Of a DNA stretch of 64,000 bases, positions 1 through 13,807 are shown piece after piece. Numbering within the stretch: the first letter of the stretch is position 1; each line of letters starts with the position of its first letter. Under the pieces are notes generated by a model, which saw nothing but the letters and a program-made list of their open reading frames with translations, was not told the DNA's origin and did not search any database. Made by a program: the position numbers and the translations under genes. Origin of the DNA: Lama guanicoe (lineage: Eukaryota). The stretch is taken from the NCBI GenBank assembly GCA_013239625.1, contig MU053166.1, positions 1-64,000 of the forward strand. Reading direction: 5' to 3'.

Positions 1-226
1 AAACAGCTTTCCTATGTCCTGCCCCAGACATATTAAATCACACACTGTATGGCCTCAGAATCATAAAAAAACCAAACCAAAACAAACAAAAGCCCTTCCC
101 AGTTTAGGGAGCCATTGTTTTAAAACAGGTGGTGATACCAAATTTGCCAGAGTAACAGAGAGATCTTTAGGTGTTCATTCTTGTGTATTTAGAGGTTAAA
201 ATTCTAGACTCTGGGAGAAGCAAACT
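1..226. repeat. Copy 1 of a near-identical local duplication (copy 2 at 2095-2323)
   Basis: aaacagctttcctatgtcctgccccagac...gggagaagcaaact occurs at both places, with 3 substitutions plus an A-tract length change. Confidence 0.9.
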
Positions 227-1165
227 GAGGATCAGGTCCTACTAATTAGGAGATAAAGCAGCAAGTTAAAAACAAAGCAAAATGACTACAAAATAGTCAA
301 GTTAATTGAACGATTTGAATCATAAATGTACAAGTCCTCAGAAATTATATATTCTATGTAATTTACAAATTATAGTGAATCCAGCTATTTTAATCAAGAA
401 CAAGTCAAAATTTGTCACCATAATAATAATTCTTTGCATTGGTATGGTGATTTGTTGTTTAAATATACTTTGATAAATAGAATCTCTTTTGTCTTCACAG
501 TGAGAGAGAGACAGGGAAGTGTCTGGTATTCTCATTTTGAGACTCAGAGTTCTTTTCAGGATTGCAGAGAACTGGAGCCACAGCACAGAAGTCCCTGCGT
601 GCTAATCCAGTCAATCAGAGCCCAAATTTGAGACGCAGAATGTAGGAGGTTGCATTATCAGTCATCTCATGTTATTTTAGGGTGAATGGAAGGATATAAT
701 GCATTTATTGTAAATGCTTCAAGTAAAGCTTTGCAACTTAAAGGGGAGCTTTATGTATCTAGAAACTCTCATTCCTCAGAGGATTACTTAAGAGAACAAT
801 ACTACATCAATGTTTAGGTTGGGAGGGATATTGAAGTTCATTTAGTGTAGTTCTCTAATTTTATAGATGAAGACCATAAGACTCAGAGACTTGTAGAGTT
901 TGCCTAGTGATTCAAAGCTAATCTGACCAATTTTGGCAAAAAAGGACATCTTTCCTAAGTTCCATAATTATGGATTGGTTAAAAACAGTAAACTACATTG
1001 GTGAGTGAGTTATGTTAGTTCAATTTGCTAATATGTTTAACTTTAAATTTCACTTTTCTTGCAACATAAAATATTTTGTAATGCTTTAAAACAAAGTAAC
1101 CTCTTTATTCCCTAAATAAGTTATTGTAAAACTGTGATAAAATTGATAACTTTATGTCTAAGGGA

Positions 1166-1231
1166 NNNNNNNNNNNNNNNNNNNNNNNNNNNNNNNNNNN
1201 NNNNNNNNNNNNNNNNNNNNNNNNNNNNNNN
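1166..1231. other. Assembly gap
   Basis: N run. Confidence 1.
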
Positions 1232-1400
1232 TTTTATTTTATTTTATTTTATTTTATTTTATTTTATTTGGGGTAATTATGTTTGTTTGTTTGTTTCTTT
1301 CTTTCTTTCTTTCTTTATGGTGGAGGTGCTGGGGATTGAACCCAGAACCTTGATACATGCCAAGCAAGTGCTCTACCACTGAGCTATACCCTCCCACCCC
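1232..1400 (-). mobile_element. tRNA-derived SINE, camelid vic-1-like
   Basis: Minus strand reads GGGAGGGTATAGCTCAGTGGTAGAGCACTTGCTTGGCATG...GGTTCAATCCCCAGCACCTCC; A box 1376-1386, B box 1333-1342; (AAAG)n/(AAAC)n/(AAAAT)n tail. Confidence 0.85.
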
Positions 1401-2094
1401 CCCAAAATTGTATGTCTTATTGTCATAATTAAGTCTTCTGTGTAGAATGAATAGAATGTAAAATCTATACATGCTTTAAACTTCCTAAAGGTTGAATTTG
1501 CATCTATTTTACACTTATATTTTTGCAGTTAATTTATTTGTCAACAATAGTAATTTTGTTTAACTTTTTTGTCCTATTTGTGGTAAACTCCAGAGGCATG
1601 GAGATCTTTAAATTTCTACAGGAAACTGTGCAGTTTATTTTACACTCTTCATTTAGGCCTGCGAGAAACATTTTCTCAGAAATGCTGATTAGCTACTTAG
1701 CCAAGTTTCTGTCGTTTAGAGATCTTCCCTGTTTTATTTTGTAATGACAGCTGTTATGATATTGTCTCTGTTATGAGATTGTCTCTGTTGACCAGTGGAT
1801 GACTATAAACAAAGCAGAAACAATTGGCTCCTAAGGGTAACACCACTCACTTTTCACCATCTACTTGCTGTGTCTTAGCTCTACCGGTAACATAATGTTT
1901 TAAGGCTTTCTTGTAGAAAATTCTTATAGGTAGTTCTCTACGGATATTTATACATTTTCTTTGAATGTGCTTATGATCAATGTCAGAGGAAGATTTTTAT
2001 TTGTTATAAAACAGAAGCAACAGCTATTAAAATTGAGAACTAAGTAGTTTTTCCCAAAATAGCAGTTTCTAGAATTGCCGGGGGGGATTTTGAG

Positions 2095-2323
2095 AAACAG
2101 CTTTCCTATGTCCTGCCCCAGACATATTAAATCACACACTGTAAGGCCTCAGAATCATATAAAAAAAAAAAAAACAAAACAAACAAAAGCCCTTCCCAGT
2201 TTAGGGAGCCATTGTTTTAAAACAGGTGGTGATACCAAATTTGCCAGAGTAACAGAGAGATCTTTAGGTGTTCATTCTTGTGTATTCAGAGGTCAAAATT
2301 CTAGACTCTGGGAGAAGCAAACT
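2095..2323. repeat. Copy 2 of the local duplication (copy 1 at 1-226), abutting a gap
   Basis: Direct sequence match to 1-226. Confidence 0.9.
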
Positions 2324-2327
2324 AACT

Positions 2328-2997
2328 NNNNNNNNNNNNNNNNNNNNNNNNNNNNNNNNNNNNNNNNNNNNNNNNNNNNNNNNNNNNNNNNNNNNNNNNN
2401 NNNNNNNNNNNNNNNNNNNNNNNNNNNNNNNNNNNNNNNNNNNNNNNNNNNNNNNNNNNNNNNNNNNNNNNNNNNNNNNNNNNNNNNNNNNNNNNNNNNN
2501 NNNNNNNNNNNNNNNNNNNNNNNNNNNNNNNNNNNNNNNNNNNNNNNNNNNNNNNNNNNNNNNNNNNNNNNNNNNNNNNNNNNNNNNNNNNNNNNNNNNN
2601 NNNNNNNNNNNNNNNNNNNNNNNNNNNNNNNNNNNNNNNNNNNNNNNNNNNNNNNNNNNNNNNNNNNNNNNNNNNNNNNNNNNNNNNNNNNNNNNNNNNN
2701 NNNNNNNNNNNNNNNNNNNNNNNNNNNNNNNNNNNNNNNNNNNNNNNNNNNNNNNNNNNNNNNNNNNNNNNNNNNNNNNNNNNNNNNNNNNNNNNNNNNN
2801 NNNNNNNNNNNNNNNNNNNNNNNNNNNNNNNNNNNNNNNNNNNNNNNNNNNNNNNNNNNNNNNNNNNNNNNNNNNNNNNNNNNNNNNNNNNNNNNNNNNN
2901 NNNNNNNNNNNNNNNNNNNNNNNNNNNNNNNNNNNNNNNNNNNNNNNNNNNNNNNNNNNNNNNNNNNNNNNNNNNNNNNNNNNNNNNNNNNNNNNNN
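2328..2997. other. Assembly gap
   Basis: N run. Confidence 1.
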
Positions 2998-3699
2998 GAG
3001 TTTTGGCATGTTTTACTGTATCTGGAGGACTGGTGATGGTTGTGGGGCTTTAAAATAGTCATCTACACGCGTTGTTGAGCAGAACTCTGGGACGTGTGGG
3101 CATAGTGGAACACTTCCTAATGGAAGAAAGAACTGAAACATAAGTTTGATTCAAAGTCAATGGATGAAATCCCGCCAATGGGGTAACTGGGCATAGAATA
3201 ATACCACGTTCTCAAATATCCTCTGATCATGAGTCATGAATTTATTTTTGAACTCTAGGATAAAGGACTATAAAAAGAGAACAAGAACATTGAATTTCCT
3301 ATGTTTGTATTCCCTTGGGAGAAAAAGTTGTGTAATATATGTATAGCATTGATGCCTATGGCTTCTAGTCTGAAGGGGAACTGTGCTAGACTTCTTCCCA
3401 ATGATTATAAGGTTTGAGTTTTATAAATGAAGGTCATTAGTACCAATATTGACATAAGCAAACGTTGGACACTGGCAGTCTTGGTGCATACGTTAGCCGG
3501 CAGTGATGGTATTTCTGGTAGACAACAACAGGGGCATTTGGGGCAATGAAAACCTAAACAACCTAAACTGAAATTTAATACAGGTATACAGAAGAAATGG
3601 AAGTAAAGGATAGAGCTCATTTTGTGCTTGTGAGGATTGTGTTTTTGAAAACACAAGAAACAATCCCTAGGGACTCTGCGGAGAGTATAGTGAAAAAAT

Positions 3700-3940
3700 G
3701 TTTATAGCTAATGCATGTGGAATACCTAGCATGTCCTCAACACTAGGCTAAGTTCTTAACACTTAACATTACAATAATCCTAGGAAGTAGGTGCTAAAAT
3801 GATTTTCCCATTTCTCCAGTAAGAATGACTGGATTATTTCATACCTTGTGCAAGATCACTTGATATCTGACAGAGCCGGGATTAGAAGCAAGGCAGTTTG
3901 GCTCTGTATTTTTTAGACTTGTGTTTTTTAAAACCACTAG
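3700..3940 (-). mobile_element. MIR SINE remnant
   Basis: acaataatcctaggaagtaggtgct...cccatttctccag...cagagccgggattagaagcaaggcagtttggctct resembles the MIR core. Confidence 0.55.
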
Positions 3941-5360
3941 AATTCCAGTACTTCGTGGGCGTACTGCCATGATACGAATTTTCCCCTCAAGGCAAAGGTG
4001 GATTTTGAAATTCAAGGTTGTTTAATGGGTGCACAATACAAGTTTAGGGGATTAAAAGGAGAAATGAAGATACTTTTAGCCTGTGGGTAAGATATTACCT
4101 CTAACTTACTTCATCTGATGTTATTACTGTAGTCCCACCAGGGTGATTTGAGTGTAACTCCCTTCCCTGTAGGCTGAAGGGTACATTTCTCCATTTATCA
4201 ATTCAAAATAGTTGTATTAAATGTCTGCCTACCATATGCCAGACACATTGTAGCAGGTACAAGGATTCAGTGAAAATGAAAGAAAGATAGAAGCTCTTCT
4301 AGAAAAATGACTTTCTAGCATGTAACTAGGAGCTAAAGAGTTGTGAACGGTGGTTAATTGATTGGTTAGCAGCTTCAAAGAGGAGTGTTTTGAGGTGCTA
4401 AATATTTTGTGACAGCTGAGGAACTAGCAGAGGGAGACTTAAAAACTAATTAACATGTACTCCATGATCTGATGAACCTCCGTCTCCTTCTATTTCTCTC
4501 TCTGTTTCTGTGTCTCTGGTCTTCTCTTCCTGTATGCATCCCCCATACTGCTCTCTGCTCTCCTCTTTCACTGTTTTCTCTTAAAATGTAATCACATATA
4601 ATGTAGCTAAATGAAGTATCCTTATTATTGTTTCTTTTCCCCATTGGTCTAGAAGGCTGAGGTACATAGAGAATTTTTTTTTTTTAATTTCAACTCCAGA
4701 GTAACATGTCAGTCCTTTTGGAGAGAGGAGACCTCATTTTCAGCCAAGGGGCTACTGCCAAATGGCTGTGCATCCAGAAGGCAGTGGGAATGGGAAAAGG
4801 AGCAGGAATACTGGCGATCCCCCAAAGCCAGTGGAGGTATCCTGTAAGAGGAAGAGACAGCTTTAATCATATGTCAGTTGCAAAGAGAACTGAAGCCAAA
4901 TTTCCACATTACAAATCAGTGAGAAAGTTCTTAACTCATTCGACTTCATTCCTCTTTTCCTTTGTATATTTTTCTGAAGCCAGAGAGGAAAGACCAATGA
5001 TAATCTCCTCTCCCAACCAGGGGAAAGAGGGAAGTTCTAATATTAAGTCAGTATTAAAGTTTTGGCTATTACATGGGTCAGGGCATTATAATGACAAGAT
5101 TAAGACTAGATTCTGCAAATAAAAATGATTTGAGAACATTTTATATTGTCAAAAATTGATCAGAAATTTATGGGGTTATCTTCATCGTAGGGCAGGGAAT
5201 GAGCCAGTCCAGAAGACCAAATGAAAGGGACAAGAAGACAAGCATAATTTTGCTTTCTGAAAAATTTACTTTAGAATTTTACTCCCTGCATTAAGAAAAC
5301 TACACTTGCACATATATGAGAATATCTCCAGGATGTATACTCAGAGCAGATTTGGTGAGT

Positions 5361-5478
5361 TATAAATTATTGACGTGTTTTATATATATATGTGTATATA
5401 TATAACATGTTTTTATATATATAACATGTTTTATATATATAAGTTATTGACATGTTATATATATATATATATAAATAA
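5361..5478. repeat. Composite (TA)n minisatellite with repeated acatgtt units
   Basis: tatataacatgttttatatata repeats, and two ttattgac(a/g)tgtt units. Confidence 0.85.
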
Positions 5479-5504
5479 ACTTTTAAAATAATGCTAACTA
5501 TTTT

Positions 5505-5990
5505 TAATCAGGATAGCTTTAACGTTTCCCTCAGCTTGATTAAACTTTAGACAGGCTTCTTCCTGTGTCTCGGGCCCTGACCTCTCTCTCACCCCCTAAC
5601 CCCAGCCAGGTGGCCCAAACACAGTGGTCTTTCCCCTCCCTTATCTTACAGCATTTATGTAAGAAAACATATGCTTATAAAAGATCTGAGAACCCGTCCC
5701 TTTGGAAAGGAATCCTCAAGGAAGAGAAGGCACTGTTTTCCAGTCCCTGTAGACCCTAACTTCAGGGGCACCTTGGTCCAAGTTGCAAAACTACTGTCCG
5801 TCATAGAAATAGAAGAACACTTACTTTTCCTTTGGAAAAACTCAGCAAACACAGATGGGCCAGGATTCCTCTAATCACAACTACAAAATCCTCTGCCACC
5901 CTTTGCTTCAGTGAGTTGAGTTCAGCCTGAACTCAAGCCTCTCTCTCCTACAGCAATAACTTTGAATGAAGTCTTACTTGTCTGTCTAAC
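5505..5990 (+). mobile_element. ERV1 solo LTR, MER31/MER67-like
   Basis: ccctcagcttgattaaactttagacaggcttcttcctg...ggccctgacctc; 3' gagttgagttcag...ctctccctacagcaataactttgaatgaagtc...ctaaca. Confidence 0.6.
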
Positions 5991-6079
5991 AGAGCAGTCA
6001 CTGGTTCTGTGGAGTTCTGAATTTCCCCTGGACAAATGTTGCCAGGTCCACATAGCCTAGAGCAGGAACAGGTCCACAT

Positions 6080-6295
6080 AGAGCAGGATCTGCACAGGAC
6101 AGCCCATCAAGCTAGATCCTGCCACTCATTGTCTTTTTTAAGATCTGGGAACTGAGGAAGGTTTTTATGTTTAAAAGAGTCCTTAAAAACAAAACAAAAG
6201 CAAAGAACAATATGCAGAGACCACAGGTGGCCAGCAAGCCTGAACTATTTACTATCCATTTCTTTTCAGGGAAAATGGGCCCACCTCTGCCCTAA
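6080..6295. mobile_element. hAT-Charlie MITE, MER58B-like
   Basis: gcagagaccacaggtggccagcaagcctgaactatttactatc...gaaaatgggcccacctctgcccta. Confidence 0.55.
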
Positions 6296-6751
6296 AGCTA
6301 GAGGGGGAGCTTTTGGTGCCTGGTCAGCTTTCCCAGTGTGCTGTCTGCCTGTAGGAATTTAGAAGCCCTGAGGGTTTTTCTCTCTTGAAATGGTTTCAGT
6401 TTTCTTTCATCCAGGCTCCTGGGGTATTAGCCAATTCAACATTTTCAAAAACTCTGTAGCTGTTATTTTATATCAATTCTAGAGGTGCAGGGTGCATCAG
6501 ACTTCTGTGTAACCACACCTTTAACCATTCTAGAACCTTCTTTGGCTGAGAGTAGCTGAGGTACTCATATTAATTCTTTCAGAGTTTTTTAGTAATGGGC
6601 TTTCCAGTTATAATCTTGTTTTTGTCTTTTCCCTGAGGCCATGTTTTCCTGGACCTATCCCTACCCCCTCTTCCATATTTGGTTTCTTTCCTGAAGCTGA
6701 ATTTGTGAGAAATAGTTTTATTTTCCATCCCTTTAATTTCTGGCCTGACTA

Positions 6752-7299
6752 TGTTGCAGCAAAGTGTGCTACAGCTCAGTGTTACAGCTTAGTTGTGACA
6801 GCAACCTAGATCCGGGTGAGAGACCAAGCAGTACTTGAAGGGTTGGAGAACTCCGTTTATTACGCCAGTGGGCCCAAAGGAGTTAACACTCCAAGCTCTG
6901 GACCCTGTCTGTAGGTTTACATAGGCTTTTATAGGCTGCTGGTCAAGACTTTGCAACATCATATGCAAATAAGATGTAACAAAAGTTGACTAATTAGGAA
7001 TGAGCTTTGTAGAACTGGACCAGTCAGAAGTGATAGAAATGGACCAATCAAAAGTGACAGAAATGGACCAGTCAGGAGTGAGCTCCATGCAAATGAAGTG
7101 CTACAAATGGACCAATCAAGAGTTAGCTCAGGGAACCAATGGAATCATAGGATTAAGTTCTGCTTTCCTAAAAGCAAGCCGTTTTACAGGCAAAAAGCGC
7201 GATAATGCCACTGTGCCAGGGAACTGGATGGTGCCGGCAGGAGAGTAGTGGCCCTGCCTGAGGGTCCTGCCGATCTTTTTCGTGGGGCTTCCCAGCTCA
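6752..7299 (-). mobile_element. Solo LTR family B, copy 1 (ERV1-like)
   Basis: TG..CA ends; ACTA TSD at 6748-6751 and 7300-7303; reverse complement of 37360-37928 and 50281-50879; TATA and AATAAA on minus. Confidence 0.9.
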
Positions 7300-7639
7300 A
7301 CTATATTCTCTTCAAATTCTGTTCCCAACTGGCCAGTTTCTTCCTGTGCTCAATTCTTTCTTTTTAGTACCTTATCAAATGCATCCAATAACAGCACACA
7401 TTTTCAGAATCTTCTTAAAATTACCTCTTTCCACCCTTTTAAGATCATTAGGTAGATTTTATTCCTTCCATGTCATCACAGGCAGTGGTTTTTACTAAGT
7501 GTTTTCCCACTCATATAGGTCACCATTTTTATAGTTGCTTTAACTGTTTCTTCAGTGCCTAGCACTTGGTGTCAAATCCTTTGTCACATGTTTGAGAATT
7601 TTATTACCACAAGACCTCATTTCTAGTTACCAATCTCTG

Positions 7640-8040
7640 AGTTTATCAACTATTGTCATAACAATGCTGACTAATTACATGAAATTCAGTAGTTTGAAAC
7701 AGCATTGACATATTCTTGGTGCAGAATCTATGAGTGAGATAAGATTGAGAGATTGACAGATTTTGGCTGAGTTTTTCCACTAGACTAGGCTGGGCTTGGT
7801 TCAGTAGGTTCTCCAAGACATCTTCTTGTGATGGATAGCAGAAACACAAAGATGAAAGTGCAGCTGCACAAGCACGTGAAAGTCCCTAGTTGTATCATTG
7901 TCAATCACCTCTGGTCTAAGAAATTCCCATGGATGTGCCCAAAGGTCAAGGGGCAGAGACATACACTCTAGAACAATAAAGCTATGATTAAGGGTTTGAA
8001 TATAAGGAAGAGAGAAAGACTAAGACCCATAATTCATTCT
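7640..8040 (-). mobile_element. MaLR LTR remnant (MLT1H/I/J-like)
   Basis: agtagtttgaaacagca...atggatgtgcccaaaggtcaaggggcagagacatacactct. Confidence 0.5.
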
Positions 8041-8129
8041 CCTACTGAAGGTAATTGATACAGAGTGCAAATAATGCAAACCCACTCCAACATTTATTGG
8101 TGGTTCTGAATAATGAATAAGAACATTTG

Positions 8130-8520
8130 GAAGAGAAGTGGAAATCAATGTCATTTAAAAAAATATCAGAACTGAAAAAAGAAATGACATAGCTGTGTAT
8201 TTCTGAAGTGCTTACCCTATTATACAATTAAAGGAACTCAACTCAATCAAAAAAGAAAAATAAAATATACTCAAGGAAAGGCAAAAATAGAAAATAATAA
8301 AGGTAAAAGTATAAATGAATACATTTGAACATAGAAAAGGGAATATATTGTAAACATGTCTTTGAACTTATTTTAGAAAAACATAATAGAAAAATCCTGG
8401 CAGATCAAATTAATGAAAACAGAGAGAAAGTGTAAATAAGTAAAAATTAGAAGTAAAAGTGCAGATATGTGCATTTAAAAGAATGATTTTATTAAAATTT
8501 GATCTCAATAACATAATTAC
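8130..8520 (+). mobile_element. Old L1 ORF2 fragment
   Basis: A-rich; aaaatcctggcagatcaaattaatgaaaacagagagaaag...aaaattagaagtaaaagtgcagata. Confidence 0.45.
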
Positions 8521-9886
8521 ATAGTGATTATAGAGATTAGATTTCAAAAATATATGTTTCTTAAACTGGTTAATTAATAATTTTCTAGTAAATATTATGT
8601 CTTCAAGTATGAGGAAAAAGTGTAAAATGTCATGAAAATTTGTGCCTCAAAGAATTCTTTTGATTTAACCATAATAAAACATCTAACTTTCATTGTTGAT
8701 GAAGTGTCAACCTATATGCTATATGCTTTGCATGATTAATATGTTATATATCTCAAAATATAATGGAAGTTGTATAATCCCTCTATGACAAGTGAGAAAA
8801 CTAAAGTTCAGAAGGTAAAAAATTTACCTGAGGCCGCCCAGTTTGGCAGGCGCATTCGGGATTTGGATGAAGGTAGCTGGATTGAGAGCTTCTGCTTTTA
8901 ATCACAGTGCCATTCCTGAGTTTGGGGCACTTAAGAAAAAATTTTTTTACCTCTGAATTTTTAAGAAAGCATAAAAGTGAGAAGTGTGAGGATGTAAAAG
9001 TTATTTTTCCTTTAGGGAAACATTTCTAAAAAACAAATTAAAAAACCCAATGTTGAAGTAGAAAAAAATTACAAATGGTTTATAAGGTCCCTAGATTACT
9101 CTGATTTATCTTTTTATGTGAAATAAATGCAAACAACAAATAGTGGTAGTCATTCCCAGTGGAATTCTGGAGCAAGTTTAATCCTTTTAACAAAGTAAGC
9201 ATAAAATTTGACATCATTGAGCACCCTGAATATGGTGAAAGTAGCTAATGATACTTTGTTTTATAACAAGAATTAAAACTTAAAACAAATTGATTATATA
9301 TCCTAAGTACAAAATTCCATCAAGAGTATAATACCCCATGTATTTACCAACATCATTTTTTTCCAGAGGAAAAGATAAGAAAAGAAACAGTAAGTACATT
9401 TAACATACATATCAATTTTATGAAGCTCCAGAATAAAAAATTTATTAAAATGTGTTTTAGAATTGTGGAACTACAAATAGTATTGATTAATAGCAGTTTA
9501 AATTTGGGTTACAGTGCCTTAGTGCAATTCTCGTTGTTTGTAAATGTATAATTTAGAAATAGATGTAATCATTTTATATAATTAATTCTATCTTCTAAGT
9601 AATTCTAATTTCTAATTAGAATTCTAAATTCTAAATTTTAAAACTCCACTGTTTCTTGATTTTTAAGTTGTAACAGAGTATAGTAAACATTTTTGAGTCT
9701 GCAAAAAAAGTCTCTATGTCTGAAAAAATTGTTTCGCCTTATACTTACTGTAGAAAGATTAATATTTAATACTTGATAAATATTTAGATTTTTATGCAAA
9801 CTTTTTATGTGTTTATATAAAGAGTACAGTCAGCAGGATCCTAAATGCCCTTGTATTCTGGGAAAGCCAAGATATTGCCTTCATAA

Positions 9887-10397
9887 CGTTACCGTGTCCA
9901 AACTTGTTCTGATTTCTGCACAACAGGCCAATAAATCGGAGATGAGGTGCTGGGGCAATGAATAGTGACTTTTTCAGAAAGGTGGCAGACTGAGAAGATG
10001 GCAGACTAATGTCTTGGAGAACCTTCTTACTCAAGTCAGAATTCAGGCTCCTTTTATACTAAAAAGGGGGAGGGGTTGTTGCAAACTTCTTGATGTAGGA
10101 ATTCTTTGTTCTTGTAACTGTCCTCTTGGGTCGGGTCATGATGCCCCTGTAAAACTTCTAACAAAACAAATGTTATTTTCCATTCTGGACCTTGTTATCT
10201 TTATATATGTGCAAAAGTGTTAATATCCTTAAAGGTCAGAGCCCCAAGAAAAGGCTCTCCTGTATATTTCAGGCTAAAGGCAACATTCTTTTATAAAAGG
10301 TGCAGAGCGAGCAAGACTAAGCCTAGAAAACGGGGCACAGGGTTAAAGCCGAAGAAACAGATCTAATATGGAGTCAGATTTGTTCTTTTCTATTACA
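9887..10397 (-). mobile_element. Solo LTR family A, copy 1 (ERV1-like)
   Basis: (C/T)GTTAC..TTACA ends; ATAA TSD at 9883-9886 and 10398-10401; aligns to 20640, 30382 and 32401. Confidence 0.9.
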
Positions 10398-11438
10398 ATA
10401 ATTCTATCAAGGCACTTCCATTCATCAAAACACTCATATAAATATCATATAATATTTATTGTCACTTATATAGGATACAAAAGCATGAACATAGACTGAT
10501 ATATACACATGTAATTCATTATAGTGATTGCCTCCAAGGAGTTTCTGGAATTGGGGCAAATGTTAGTTTACTACCATTTATTGCTTTATTTCTTTATTAC
10601 AAAATCAGTTTTAAGTTTATACAGCACAAACAACATTTGTTAACTCTCAGTTTTGTATTCACAGGTATTTTTATATTATTATACATACTATTGTATATTA
10701 AAAACCTCAGTATAATAAAAAGATGGACCACAAATGTCTCTTCTTTCCATTATATTTTTTACTAACCAAAAAAGTTTCAGTCAAGAAGAGATTAACTGAA
10801 AGTTGGCTTCTCTTAGAATAGAAAGACATGAGGTGGCATGTTTGATTAGAAAACTGGTGCAACAGTAGAAATGAATTGTAGGTCAGTGTAATAGTCTTCA
10901 ATGTCTAGGGATTAAAATTGAGACAGAACTGGGCTGATATACTGAATCTGCGGCTTAATCCCCTGTTATGTGGAGCATGATACTTAACGACTTATAGTCC
11001 TATAATGTATTGTTTATAAAATGAGAACCATGAAACCTACTATATATAGTTAGAATTAAATGAAATCATATATGTAATGGGTTTAGGACAATGAATGCCA
11101 AATATTGTTACTTTGTTCCTCCATATTATTGCTCCATGTTGCCCCCAAGATTCTTGAGGGGTTTTCTTTGGCTTCTCTTACTTATTTCATCTATGTAGAC
11201 ACATGCATTAGTAGCTCATGTTTTTGTTGGCTGGTTCCTAGTCTTCTTAATGGGAATAATTGTATTCCTTTGTAGAAATATGTTACAATTTGTTTATTCA
11301 CTCTTCTGGAATAGGATTTGGGGATTTTTTTTTCTTTAGCTTTGTCCCATTCTAAGTAAAACTTCTCTAAATATCTCATACTAGTCTTTTCGTTGACACA
11401 TATATTTATTCTCTTGGATAAATGCATAGGAATGTCTT

Positions 11439-11856
11439 TGTTGGTTTGAAACTTTGGGAGCTTCCTGGAGGAAATCTGAAACTGGCCCCATACAAAGAGG
11501 ACAGGGACAAACCAAACAAAGAGCCAGAGCACTCCAGATTGATTGGTAGCAAGTTTTACAAGCAATGGAACTTACATACGATGCTTGTCTTGGGTGGCCC
11601 CAAGAGAGTTAGAACTCTGCACTCTCCTGCCAGCATCTCAAAAGTTTGTATAGAGGCTTTAACTGGGTTCAGACACATATACCTTCCAGATGGTCTGAGC
11701 AACACATTACTCTCTTAAGGTGGTGTCCTTGAAAATGGGGAATGGTGGACAGAAAGTATTTTCTAAGTTCAAGGACAGTGTGAGTAATATCCAATTGTCT
11801 GGGTCCAGCTCAGGGATCAACCTGTGGTCACATCCTCTAGATGACCTCCTGCCACA
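11439..11856 (-). mobile_element. Solo LTR family C (MER34/MER39-like ERV1), nested in L1
   Basis: TG..CA ends; flanks gtctt/gtcat; reverse-complement similarity to 33349-33743. Confidence 0.7.
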
Positions 11857-12104
11857 GTCATAGCATTAAGTGTATGTTTAAATTTCTAAGATACTTCCAA
11901 TTTTTCAAAATTATTGTACACTTTACGCTCACACCAGCAATGTGTGAGAGTTCCTGTTGCTCCACATCTGCTCAGCATTTTATGTTCTCAGTCATTTTAA
12001 TTGTAGCCATTTCTGTGGATGTGAAGTTGTATCTCACATTGTGACATTAATGATCATTTTCCTGTTGACTAATGCTGAGCCTTTTCATGTGCTTATTGGA
12101 CATA

Positions 12105-12408
12105 CATGTAAATATTTATACATATATGAATATATAAAAATATATACATGAAATATATACATATATATGTATGTATACATATATACAGATAGATATATAC
12201 ATATAATTATAAAAATATACTTACATATTTATAACATTTATTTATATATAAATATATAAGTATAAAAATATAAATATAATACATAATAATTAATATAACA
12301 TAAATATATCAGACATACAAAAAATAAATTATAATAATAAATAATATAAAATATAACATATATAAATATATAAATATATATATAAATAGATAAATATCTA
12401 AATATAAA
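12105..12408. repeat. AT-rich (TA)n low-complexity tract
   Basis: About 300 bp almost entirely A/T with TA runs. Confidence 0.9.
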
Positions 12409-13563
12409 GTGTTCAAGTTTTCTGCTTATCTTTTCCATTGGGGTTTGCTTTTTATTATTGATTTTTATCAGATATTGATAAAATCTGATATATCAGATAT
12501 TGATATATTCTGAACAGAAGTCCTTTGGTATGTTTATCAACTGTGAGCATTCTCTTCTATTCTGTGGTTGCCTAATCATTTTCTCAATTATATTGTTACC
12601 AGAAATTCAGTATTTTGATGTAGTCCAGGTTATCAATTTATTTTTTATGGTTAGTGATTCTTATGAACTTTCTCTGTCTAAAAAATATTTTGCTATTTAA
12701 ATTTAGAGTCCATTCTCCAATGATTTCTTCCAGGGTCTTTTAGATTTCACATTTAGTTGTACATCCCAACTTGAATTATTTTTATTTGTTAATTTTTTGA
12801 AAAGTAGCTGTCATGAGTCATTTCATTCCATATGTGTATCTAGCAATGCCAGGAACATTTGTGAAAAACTTTTCTTTCCCCACTGAAGCACCTTGGCACC
12901 TTTGTAAAAAAAAAAAACAACAAACCTTAATTGTATATATTTGGGTCAACTACTAAGCTTCTATTTTGTCCCATGGTTACATGGAGAGAAGAGGGAGGAG
13001 AGAGGAGTATCACTCTACATGAACAAACTTGTTATGCATGAGTTGACACTTTTACTTCTCTACCTTCCAAACTTTAGGCATTTTGTTTTCTAGCTTTGTT
13101 CAAAGTCTAGGCCCTCTAATAGGATATTGAATAGAATTGGTGAGAGCAAACATCCTTGCTTTTTTTGCAATCTTTGGGGAAAAGCTTTATTTTTTACCAT
13201 AAGAAGTGAGTGATGTTACCTCTAGGTTTTATGTAGATGCTCTTTATCATATGTAGCTTCCTTCTTTTTTTAATTTTCTTACTACCAAGAATGAATGTTC
13301 TCATAAGTTTTTCCTATGATTGATCTCCTTCATTTTCTCTTTTAATTTGTTAATAGGGTGAATTGCAATGACTGATTTTCAAACATTAAATTATCCTTTG
13401 ACTCCTGGGACAGCTTTATTATGACACATTATTTGCTGTATAAATTGTTAGATTCCATTGCTAATATTTTATGGAGGATATCTTTGTTTATGGTCATGAG
13501 GGATGGCCACTTGTAAACTGATTATGTGATTTGATGTTTTGTTTTCAGTGCTCTGTTGGCCCT

Positions 13564-13807
13564 NNNNNNNNNNNNNNNNNNNNNNNNNNNNNNNNNNNNN
13601 NNNNNNNNNNNNNNNNNNNNNNNNNNNNNNNNNNNNNNNNNNNNNNNNNNNNNNNNNNNNNNNNNNNNNNNNNNNNNNNNNNNNNNNNNNNNNNNNNNNN
13701 NNNNNNNNNNNNNNNNNNNNNNNNNNNNNNNNNNNNNNNNNNNNNNNNNNNNNNNNNNNNNNNNNNNNNNNNNNNNNNNNNNNNNNNNNNNNNNNNNNNN
13801 NNNNNNN
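13564..13807. other. Assembly gap
   Basis: N run. Confidence 1.

Noticed and set aside
1320..1400. tRNA gene (A and B boxes present)
   Set aside because: It has a simple-repeat tail, a degenerate cloverleaf and a second decayed copy at 37933-38037; it is a SINE.
2075..3062. Long ORFs (238-327 aa), and similar ones at 13531-13905 and 44265-44856
   Set aside because: They are open only because of N runs.
4706..5122. 138-aa ORF
   Set aside because: No recognisable domain or exon structure; this length is expected occasionally by chance in 64 kb.
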